Shown here piece by piece: positions 56,858 to 64,000 of a stretch of 64,000 nt of DNA. Source of the DNA: Candidatus Latescibacterota bacterium. GTDB taxonomy: Bacteria > Latescibacterota > UBA2968 > UBA8231. The notes under the pieces are model-generated. The model did not search any database, was not told the origin of the DNA, and was given only the letters and a program-made list of their open reading frames with translations. The first letter of the stretch is position 1. Every line of letters starts with the position of its first letter. The position numbers and the translations under genes were made by a program. The stretch is taken from NCBI GenBank assembly GCA_964291625.2, contig OZ220090.1:512001-576000 (forward strand), written 5' to 3'.

Positions 56858-57609
56858 TACAGCCGCGTCCGAGCCTGCTCGAGCCCCTGCTGGGCGGCTA
56901 CTGACCGAGGATTGACGCGGAGAGCCTTTTCGTACTGGGCCGCCGCCTCCGGCCAGCTCGACTCCTCCGCGAACAGGGCGCCGAGCCCGAGGTAGGCGTC
57001 GAGGGCGTTGATGTTGCTTTCGATGGCGCGCTCGAAGGCCTGACGCGCGCCATCGGCGTCACCGGCCTTGGCCAGGGCCTTGCCGAGAAGGATGGAACTC
57101 TCCGAGTAGCCGGGGTTGGCCGCGACGGCGCGCTCGAAGCAGGCGATGGCACTGTCCGGACGGCCTTCCGCCTGGGCCAGCTCTCCAAGGCGGAGGAGGG
57201 CCAGGGGATGATCCGGCAGGGCACCGAGGGCCAGATCGAAGGCGGTCCGGGCGCGGCCCGGCCGACCCTGGGCAAGCCACTCGAGGCCGCTGTTGTAGTG
57301 GATGAAGAACAACTGGCCCCGGTACTGGCGGGCGAGTTGGGACAGCCCCTTCGCCTCGTAGACGGCGGCCAGCCCGTCGAGGGCCTCGACGCTCGAGCTG
57401 TCCTGGCCCAGGGCTCGTCGGAAGCCCTCGGTGGCCCGTTGGAGCCTGCCTTCGGACTGCTGGTGCCGTGCCCAGGCGAGCAACTCGGAAGTGCCGGCCT
57501 CCGCCGGCACTTCCTCCGGTGGACTGCAGGAGGCTGAAAGGCAACTGAAGACGAGGAAAGGGATGGCGCCCAGTGGCAGAACCCGGGAGTTCCTTCGGAG
57601 GGAGGTCAC
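56857..57609 (-). CDS. Tetratricopeptide repeat protein (probable lipoprotein)
   Basis: N-terminal signal with Cys; repeated TPR units (LG..L...G....A...FERA). Confidence 0.85.
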   Translation of the reverse strand: MTSLRRNSRVLPLGAIPFLVFSCLSASCSPPEEVPAEAGTSELLAWARHQQSEGRLQRATEGFRRALGQDSSSVEALDGLAAVYEAKGLSQLARQYRGQLFFIHYNSGLEWLAQGRPGRARTAFDLALGALPDHPLALLRLGELAQAEGRPDSAIACFERAVAANPGYSESSILLGKALAKAGDADGARQAFERAIESNINALDAYLGLGALFAEESSWPEAAAQYEKALRVNPRSVAAQQGLEQARTRL

Positions 57610-58094
57610 CGCTGCGGGGGGGGCACGACCTGGCCGTCGTAGATCACCTCGCCATTCCGGTCCAGGATCCGGCCGTCCTCGGTGAACTCGTACTTCATCG
57701 CCTGGCCAAGGGTGAGGTGCCGCCTCACCTCGTCCAGATCCCCGTACTTCTCTATGAGTTTCTCGATGGGCCCCTCGAACTCGGTGGCGTGGTACTTCGG
57801 CCGGTCTCTGTCACGCGCCTTCCGTTCCTCTGCGGTCATGATCGGCAGGCGCTCCGCAGCCGGCGTGGTGCGGCCACCCATGGCCTGCCGGCGGCGGTAC
57901 TGCTCGTGCCGCTTCTCGGACTCGGAGAGCATCTCCTCCGGCACCGCGCCAAGTCCCGCCCCGCGCTCGGCGGAGGCGCTCTCCTGGCGCTGCTGCGCCT
58001 CCTCGGCCTCACGGGCGAATCTCTCCTCGCGCTCCTGGTCCAGATCGATGTCCGTGCCGAGCTTGCGCAGCACGTTCTTCGCCGCTCTGTTCAT
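57606..58094 (-). CDS. Hypothetical charged protein
   Basis: ATG after GGAGA-type RBS; GTGA overlap with the TPR gene. Confidence 0.65.
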   Translation of the reverse strand: MNRAAKNVLRKLGTDIDLDQEREERFAREAEEAQQRQESASAERGAGLGAVPEEMLSESEKRHEQYRRRQAMGGRTTPAAERLPIMTAEERKARDRDRPKYHATEFEGPIEKLIEKYGDLDEVRRHLTLGQAMKYEFTEDGRILDRNGEVIYDGQVVPPPQR

Positions 58095-58262
58095 CGCTCT
58101 CTGTTCTCCGTGGACGGGTGATCATTCACCCGCCCGGAAATATAGGCTCAGGTCTGTACCTCAGAAAGACGAGAAAGTGGACATGGCCCCATGGCCACCG
58201 CTAATTTACGCCGACAAGACGCCCGGATTCGGGCAGCCAGGCTTCGACACGGCGGGGTTTGA

Positions 58263-59282
58263 ATGGCGTTCTTTTCCAGGTTCTTCTCAAACGACATCGG
58301 CATCGATCTGGGCACGGCCAACACCCTGATCTACGTGAAGGGAGAGGGGATCGTGCTCAACGAGCCTTCCATCGTGGCTCGTCAGGTGATGACCAAGAAG
58401 GTCATCGCCGTGGGCCACGAAGCGAAGGAGATGATGGGCCGCGAGAACTCGGAAATCGAGACGATCCGGCCTCTCAAGGACGGCGTCATCGCCGATTTCG
58501 AGGTCACCGAGGAGATGATCCGCGCCTTCATCCGGATGGGAATGAGGAACCGGCTGTTCGTGCGGCCCCGGATCGTCGTCTCCGTGCCTTCCGGCAGCAC
58601 CGAGGTCGAGAGACGCGCCGTCCGCAATTCCTGTGAACGCGTCGGAGCCCGCGAGGTTCATCTGGTGAGCGAGCCCATGGCGGCTGCCATCGGCATCGGA
58701 CTGCCCGTGGAGCAGGCCGTTGGATCGATGGTCATCGATGTCGGCGGCGGGACGACCGAAATCGCGGTCATCGCCCTTTCGGGAGTCGTCGCCGCCGAGT
58801 CGATCCGGGTCGCCGGCGACGAGATGGACCGGTCCATCGTCGAATGGGTCCGAAAGAAGTACAACCTGCTCATCGGCCCCCGGTACGCCGAGCAACTGAA
58901 GTTCGAGATCGGCTGCGCCATGCCGCTCGATCCCGAGGAGGAGGCGCCCGTCCGGGGCCGGGATCTCGTGGAGGCGATCCCGAAGATCCAGATCGTCGAC
59001 TCGCGGGAGATCCGCGAAGCCCTCGCCGATCCCGTATCCCAGATCGTCGCCGGGGTCCGCCGAGGGCTGGAACGCACGCCCCCCGAACTGGCGGCCGACA
59101 TTCTCGATCGGGGCATGGTCCTGTCGGGCGGCGGCAGCAAGCTGCGCGGCCTGCGGGAGCGCCTGATCGAGGCCACCAGCCTGCCCACCTACCTCGACGA
59201 CGAGGATCCGCTGTCGGCCGTGGTGCGCGGAAACGCCCGAGTCCTCGACGAATTCGAGCGGTATCAGAAGGTCCTCTACTGA
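58263..59282 (+). CDS. mreB: Rod shape-determining protein MreB
   Basis: DIGIDLGTANT, RPLKDGVIADF, EPMAAAIG, DVGGGTTE, RTPPELAAD. Confidence 0.97.
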   Translation: MAFFSRFFSNDIGIDLGTANTLIYVKGEGIVLNEPSIVARQVMTKKVIAVGHEAKEMMGRENSEIETIRPLKDGVIADFEVTEEMIRAFIRMGMRNRLFVRPRIVVSVPSGSTEVERRAVRNSCERVGAREVHLVSEPMAAAIGIGLPVEQAVGSMVIDVGGGTTEIAVIALSGVVAAESIRVAGDEMDRSIVEWVRKKYNLLIGPRYAEQLKFEIGCAMPLDPEEEAPVRGRDLVEAIPKIQIVDSREIREALADPVSQIVAGVRRGLERTPPELAADILDRGMVLSGGGSKLRGLRERLIEATSLPTYLDDEDPLSAVVRGNARVLDEFERYQKVLY

Positions 59283-59291
59283 GCGTCGTTC

Positions 59292-60074
59292 GTGCTCCAG
59301 CGCCGTCGTGAGTACGTCTGTCTCGGCCTGGTGGTGCTGGCGGCCCTGATGTTGCTGGCTGCGCCTTCCGCCCAACAGGAAAGTCTCGCCCGCAGGCTGC
59401 GCGCGGTATCTTGGGAAACGGGGCAGTGGATCTTCTCCCGCGTGATCAGCTTCGCCCGGAACCAGCAGCACTCGAGGCACCTCCTCACGCAGAACGTGCA
59501 GCTCGCCCTGGAGAACATGCGACTGCGCGAATCGGCCGAGGAAACCCTCCGCCTGCGGACGGCCCTGGAGTTCCGGGAGCGCAGCCGGATGGGGGACCTG
59601 ACGCCCGCCGAGGTGATCGGCCGGGATCCGGACCAGGGGTTCGGGATCCTGATGGTCAACGGCGGGAGGGACCTGGGCTTGCGGGAGAACTGGCCGGTGG
59701 TCACCACGGAGGGTCTTGTCGGCCACCTCCAGCAGGTCGACGCCCACAGTTCGGTCGTGCGCCTGATCCTCGATGCGAGAGTCGCTGCCCTGGTACACGG
59801 CAGCCGGGCCCAGGGCATCGTCTCCCCTCTCCAGGACAACCTCTTCGAGCTCAGCTACGTGGAAGCGAGCAAGGAGGTGTCGACAGGTGACCGGGTCGTG
59901 TCATCCGGCATGGGCGGGCGGTATCCGAAGGGGATCACCATCGGTCGCGTCACCCAGGTCAGCAGGCGGGAGGACAACCCCCTCTTCAAGCAGATCGTCC
60001 TGCAGTCGGATGTCGATTTCCGGGGTCTGGAGGAGGTCTTCATTCTCCGCCCCCCTGACGAGGAGGACCGTTGA
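59292..60074 (+). CDS. mreC: Rod shape-determining protein MreC
   Basis: TM + coiled coil, AEVIGRD, EGLVG, GDRVVSSGMGGRYPKG. Confidence 0.92.
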   Translation: MLQRRREYVCLGLVVLAALMLLAAPSAQQESLARRLRAVSWETGQWIFSRVISFARNQQHSRHLLTQNVQLALENMRLRESAEETLRLRTALEFRERSRMGDLTPAEVIGRDPDQGFGILMVNGGRDLGLRENWPVVTTEGLVGHLQQVDAHSSVVRLILDARVAALVHGSRAQGIVSPLQDNLFELSYVEASKEVSTGDRVVSSGMGGRYPKGITIGRVTQVSRREDNPLFKQIVLQSDVDFRGLEEVFILRPPDEEDR

Positions 60075-60099
60075 CAACCCCCGGGGTGGTGGTTATTAT
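60071..60099 (+). promoter_or_regulatory. Strong sigma-70 promoter for HU-bS22-tRNA cluster
   Basis: TTGACA-17 nt-TATTAT. Confidence 0.75.
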
Positions 60100-60233
60100 G
60101 GCAGGGCTGTCAAGTGCGCGTAAGCGTCTGGCGCACAAGCGGAAGCGCCGAGCCGAGCCGGCCCCGGCAGGGCGCTCGAAGGCGGGGCTGCAGCCGGCCG
60201 GGGCAATCGACCGTGAACGAGAGGGGGGCGGCC

Positions 60234-60566
60234 TTGACCAAGGCAGATATCGTCCGCCGGATCGCCCAAGGCACGGGGCTGACGAAGACCGACACGGGCG
60301 CAGTCGTGGACGGCTTCATCGAAGCCGTGGTGGAGGCTCTCCAAAAGGGCGAGCACATCGAGATCCGGGGATTCGGTACCTTCAAATCGGTCAGCCGGGC
60401 CCCCCGGACGGGGCGCAATCCACGCACCGGCGCCGAGGTCCGGATCTCTCGCCGCAAGGCCCCCGTATTCAAACCATCCAAGGAACTGCGCGCTCGAGTC
60501 GGAGCCGACGGAAATCCAGAAGGAGCGGAAAAGGATGCCGTGTGGAAGGAAGAGAAAGCGGCATAA
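60234..60566 (+). CDS. HU/IHF family DNA-binding protein
   Basis: TKADIV, IEIRGFGTF, GRNPRTG, PVFKPSKELR; TTG start. Confidence 0.92.
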   Translation: MTKADIVRRIAQGTGLTKTDTGAVVDGFIEAVVEALQKGEHIEIRGFGTFKSVSRAPRTGRNPRTGAEVRISRRKAPVFKPSKELRARVGADGNPEGAEKDAVWKEEKAA

Positions 60567-60630
60567 GATCAACACCCACAAGCGCAAGAAGCGCCTGCGC
60601 AAGAACCGTCACAAGAAGCGCGACCTCTAG
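60535..60630 (+). CDS. 31-aa AURKAIP1/COX24-type small ribosomal protein (bS22/mS38 family)
   Basis: MPCGRKRKRHKINTHKRKKRLRKNRHKKRDL; AAGGAG upstream; absent from the ORF track. Confidence 0.85.
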   Translation: MPCGRKRKRHKINTHKRKKRLRKNRHKKRDL

Positions 60631-60684
60631 GTCCCGGTTCGCCGGCGGGCAGGCTGTAACTGACCGCCGTGCGCAGGAGAGCGT

Positions 60685-60761
60685 GAGCTATTAGCTCAGC
60701 TGGATAGAGCGCTTGCCTCCGGAGCAAGAGGTCACAGGTTCGAATCCTGTATAGCTCACCA
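60685..60761 (+). tRNA. tRNA-Arg(CCG)
   Basis: GAGCTAT/ATAGCTC acceptor, CTTGC-CTCCGGA-GCAAG, TTCGAAT, CCA. Confidence 0.95.
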
Positions 60762-60769
60762 TCGCCGGT

Positions 60770-60846
<77 letters not shown>

Positions 60847-60958
60847 TTATTCGCATGTCCGGCGGACCTCCGGACTCTCACGAGTCTCCAGAGGCCCGCA
60901 CGAAGCCGCAGTGGGCGCCCGGGTCTCTCCGACCCGATGTCGACCCATGCCCTCGCGT

Positions 60959-61036
60959 CGGGGTGTAGCGCAGTCCGGTTAGCGCACCTGCTTCGGGAGC
61001 AGGGGGTCGGCGGTTCGAATCCGCCCACCCCGACCA
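60959..61036 (+). tRNA. tRNA-Pro(CGG)
   Basis: CGGGGTG/CACCCCG acceptor, CCTGC-TTCGGGA-GCAGG, CCA. Confidence 0.95.
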
Positions 61037-61054
61037 TCCTTCCACGGATCGACT

Positions 61055-61090
61055 GATCGGCCCCCGGAAGCGGACCTCCGGGGGCCGATC
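61055..61090 (+). other. 14-bp-stem hairpin between tRNA-Pro and miaA (processing/stability element or weak terminator)
   Basis: GATCGGCCCCCGGA...TCCGGGGGCCGATC, no U tract. Confidence 0.45.
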
Positions 61091-61105
61091 GCCTGCCCCA
61101 CACCC

Positions 61106-62053
61106 ATGTCCCTCCGTACCCGAAGTGTCGTCATCGTCGGCCCCACCGCCGTGGGCAAGACCGAGTTGGCCCTTGACCTGGCGGAGTCCATGGGGGGGGA
61201 GATCGTCTCCATCGATTCTCGCCAGGTCTACCGGGAGCTGGACATCGGAACCGCCAAGCCGAGTACCCGGCAGCGACGGCGGGTCCGCCATCACATGGTA
61301 GACCTCATCGGGCCCGGCCAGACCTTCAGTGCGGGACGCTTCGGGGCAGCTGCGAGGGCCACGGTCGAGAGTCTCGAGGCCAGGGGCCGCACGGCGCTTC
61401 TGGTGGGTGGGTCCGGGCTCTACCTGACCGCCGCCATCGACGGTCTGTTCGTTGCGCCACAGCCGGACTCCGCCCTTCGGGAGAGGCTTGCCGTCCGCCT
61501 GCGGGAGCACGGAACCACCGCCTTGTACGACGACTTGCGGCGGCGGGATCCGGCGGCCGCCAGTGAGATCGAGCCCGGCGATGGAGTCCGCATACTCCGG
61601 GCGCTCGAGCTGACCCTGGCCGACGGCCGCCAGCGGGCGGAGAGGTGGGATACGGATGGCGGCCACGGCTTGAGGGCCATGCCGATGATGCTCTGTCTCA
61701 CCCGGACCCGGGACAGCCTGTACCGGCGGATCGACAGGAGGACCGTGGAGATGTTCGAAGCGGGGTGGCCCCAGGAGGTGCAGAGGTTGCTGGAAAGAGG
61801 CCTGGCCCCCGGCGCCGCGGGACTGCAGAGCCTGGGCTATGCCGAGATCCTGGAGTACCTGGCCGGCGGCCTTCCGCAGGACCGGGCGATCGAAGCCATT
61901 CAGCGGCGGACCCGGCGGTTCGCCAAGCGACAGATGACCTGGTTCCGGCGTGACCGCCGCTTTCGCTGGCTCGATCTGGACCGGGTGGGCCCCAGCGGGG
62001 CAAGGGATCGGATTCTGCGCCAATGGAGGACCGCCGGGGTACTTCCTGTATGA
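61106..62053 (+). CDS. miaA: tRNA dimethylallyltransferase
   Basis: GPTAVGKT, DSRQVYRELDIGTAKP, VGGSGLY, FAKRQMTWF. Confidence 0.96.
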   Translation: MSLRTRSVVIVGPTAVGKTELALDLAESMGGEIVSIDSRQVYRELDIGTAKPSTRQRRRVRHHMVDLIGPGQTFSAGRFGAAARATVESLEARGRTALLVGGSGLYLTAAIDGLFVAPQPDSALRERLAVRLREHGTTALYDDLRRRDPAAASEIEPGDGVRILRALELTLADGRQRAERWDTDGGHGLRAMPMMLCLTRTRDSLYRRIDRRTVEMFEAGWPQEVQRLLERGLAPGAAGLQSLGYAEILEYLAGGLPQDRAIEAIQRRTRRFAKRQMTWFRRDRRFRWLDLDRVGPSGARDRILRQWRTAGVLPV

Positions 62054-62056
62054 CAA

Positions 62057-62085
62057 TTGACACTGGCACTTAGCCCGTTTATCTT
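62057..62085 (+). promoter_or_regulatory. Putative promoter of tRNA-Gly
   Basis: TTGACA-17 nt-TATCTT. Confidence 0.7.
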
Positions 62086-62117
62086 ACTGATCACCTCAAG
62101 TGCGGCAGAGGACCGGA

Positions 62118-62192
62118 GCGGGAGTAGTTCAGGGGTAGAACGCAAGCTTCCCAAGCTTGATGTCGCGGGTTCGACTCCCGTCTCCCGCTCCA
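62118..62192 (+). tRNA. tRNA-Gly(CCC)
   Basis: GCGGGAG/CTCCCGC acceptor, CAAGC-TTCCCAA-GCTTG, TCCA end. Confidence 0.95.
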
Positions 62193-62324
62193 AATCCTCT
62201 CCATCCTTCCGGCAGATCCCGTGAACGGCCCACAGCGGCCTCCCGGCTACACGACCCTGCTCACAAACATTCTCCTGCCTCGACGGGAACGTCGAGAGTC
62301 TCTCCGTGGACATGGGAGGGTTGG

Positions 62325-63674
62325 ATGATCCCGGTAAGCGGAGTCGCCCCCGGTTCCCTGGCCGAGCGGGCGGGGTTCGCGGGGGGAGACCGGATCGCCC
62401 GTGTCAACGGCGAGCCGGTGGGGGACCTGATCGACTTTCAGGTGGCCAGCTCGGAGCCACGGCTGCTGTTCGAGGTCGAGCGGGAGGGAGAGTTGTACGA
62501 GGTGGAGGTGGAGCGCCGGGACGGAGAGTCCCTGGGCTTCGACTTCGAAGAGATGCGCCTCCGGCGATGCAACAACAAGTGCGTGTTCTGCTTCCTCCAC
62601 CAGATGCCGGGCGGCATGCGGCGGTCGCTCTACTTCGAGGACGACGACTACCGGCTCTCCTTCCTCCACGGATCCTACGTGACCCTGACCAACGTCAAGG
62701 AGCACGACCTCCAGCGGATCGTGGATCAGGGCCTGACTCCCCAGTACATCTCGGTTCACGCCACCGACCCGGCCCTGAGGCAGCGGCTGCTCGGCCGCAA
62801 AGCGGGCACCGTGCCCATCCTGGAGCGAATCGAGTTCCTGGCTCGCTCGGGGATCGAGATGCACACCCAGATCGTCCTCTGCCCCGGCTGGAACGACGGC
62901 GACCATCTGGAGCGCACCCTGCGGGACCTGGAGGGCTTCTACCCTTCGGTCCGCTCCGCGGCGCTTGTACCCGTCGGACTGACGCGATTCCGGCAGCACC
63001 TCCCGGAGTTGCAGGCCGTGACGCCGGCCACGGCCGAGAGCTACCTGGCAGATGCCGACCGTTGGGGGGAGCGCTGTGCCCGGGACCTGGGTGAGCGGTT
63101 CGTCTATCCCGGAGACGAGCTGTTCCTGATGGTCGGGCGGCTGCCGCCGCCGGCCGACTACTACGATGCCTTTCCCCAGATCGAGAACGGAATCGGCATG
63201 GTGCGGACCTTCCTCGACCGCTGGGAGCGGGGACGGACGGACCTGCCGAATGATCTCGACAGGCCGCTGCACCTCGCCCTGGTCACGGGCCGGCTGGCAA
63301 GCCGGTTCCTGACCCCCATGGTGGATGGCATCGACACCGGCGGCCTCCGGGCCGATGTGGTAGTCGTGGACAACGATTTCTTCGGAGCCGGCATCACCGT
63401 CTCCGGGCTCCTCACGGGGGGGGACATCCTCCGCGCCGTGCGCGGAGGGCCGTGGGACCTCGTCGTACTGCCCCCCAACACAGTCAACGGCGAGGGTGTG
63501 ACCCTCGACGACATGACCGTACCCCGGATCGAGGCGGATGCGGGCATTCCCGTGACGGTGGGGGAGTACGATCTGGCGGAGACCTTGCTGCGGTGCATCG
63601 ACCGGGAGAGCGTGGCCCACGGACGGGGCCGCCAACTGTCGGAGCTCGGGTTCTACGTCGGGCGGAACCGGTGA
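62325..63674 (+). CDS. PDZ + radical-SAM-like DUF512 Fe-S protein
   Basis: N-terminal [38 protein letters not shown]. Confidence 0.88.
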   Translation: MIPVSGVAPGSLAERAGFAGGDRIARVNGEPVGDLIDFQVASSEPRLLFEVEREGELYEVEVERRDGESLGFDFEEMRLRRCNNKCVFCFLHQMPGGMRRSLYFEDDDYRLSFLHGSYVTLTNVKEHDLQRIVDQGLTPQYISVHATDPALRQRLLGRKAGTVPILERIEFLARSGIEMHTQIVLCPGWNDGDHLERTLRDLEGFYPSVRSAALVPVGLTRFRQHLPELQAVTPATAESYLADADRWGERCARDLGERFVYPGDELFLMVGRLPPPADYYDAFPQIENGIGMVRTFLDRWERGRTDLPNDLDRPLHLALVTGRLASRFLTPMVDGIDTGGLRADVVVVDNDFFGAGITVSGLLTGGDILRAVRGGPWDLVVLPPNTVNGEGVTLDDMTVPRIEADAGIPVTVGEYDLAETLLRCIDRESVAHGRGRQLSELGFYVGRNR

Positions 63675-64000
63675 CGACCTCGGGATCCACGCCGACCGGC
63701 ATCCTCTCCGTGGCGCCGGAAGGTCCCGTCGTTGCCATCGTGGGCCGGCCGAATGTCGGCAAGTCCACCCTCTTCAACCGCCTCACCGGCACCCGGCAGG
63801 CCATCACCGACGATCGTCCCGGCGTCACCCGCGACCGGGTCCGCGGCGCCGCGGAGTGGGGCGGGCACCGATTCACTCTCGTGGACACCGGCGGCTATGT
63901 CCCCCGGGGGGACGGCATCGAAGACCAGGTGCGGCAACAGGCGGAGAAGGCCCTGGAGGAGTCCGACCTCGTCCTGCTTGTCTGCGACGCCATGGAGGGA
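63671..64000 (+). CDS. der: Ribosome biogenesis GTPase Der (N-terminal part, truncated by window end)
   Basis: [29 protein letters not shown]; GTGA overlap. Confidence 0.92.
   Translation, partial: MTTSGSTPTGILSVAPEGPVVAIVGRPNVGKSTLFNRLTGTRQAITDDRPGVTRDRVRGAAEWGGHRFTLVDTGGYVPRGDGIEDQVRQQAEKALEESDLVLLVCDAMEG

Overview
High-GC (~70%) bacterial chromosome segment from a diderm; lnt, periplasmic TRAP/TPAT proteins, DUF6785-like transporters and a bS22-type small protein suggest an FCB-group or candidate-phylum organism, which is inference only. It holds about 63 CDS and 5 tRNAs (fMet, Arg-CCG, Pro-GGG, Pro-CGG, Gly-CCC). I found no integrase, transposase or CRISPR array. Housekeeping blocks are phoH-HD-ybeY-corC-(tRNA)-lnt, aspS, cysM-mec-cysO, rpsT, ftsH, purB, mreBC, HU, miaA and der, interspersed with small catabolic operons and a TPAT (TatT/P/Q/M) transporter. 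The best candidate for an uncharacterised system is the 11.5 kb + strand operon at 35077-46617. It encodes two recently duplicated DUF6785/6784-like polytopic membrane proteins, a ~1480 aa protein fusing a signal peptide, a catalytically dead M28/PA peptidase fold and a MacB/FtsX permease (no ATPase nearby), and an OPT-like transporter. The OPT-like protein carries a CCCH zinc-finger motif, an apparently circularly permuted FN3-like insert and DxDxDG repeats. An intact metallopeptidase gene lies divergently upstream. Family names come from motif recognition, not from database searches.
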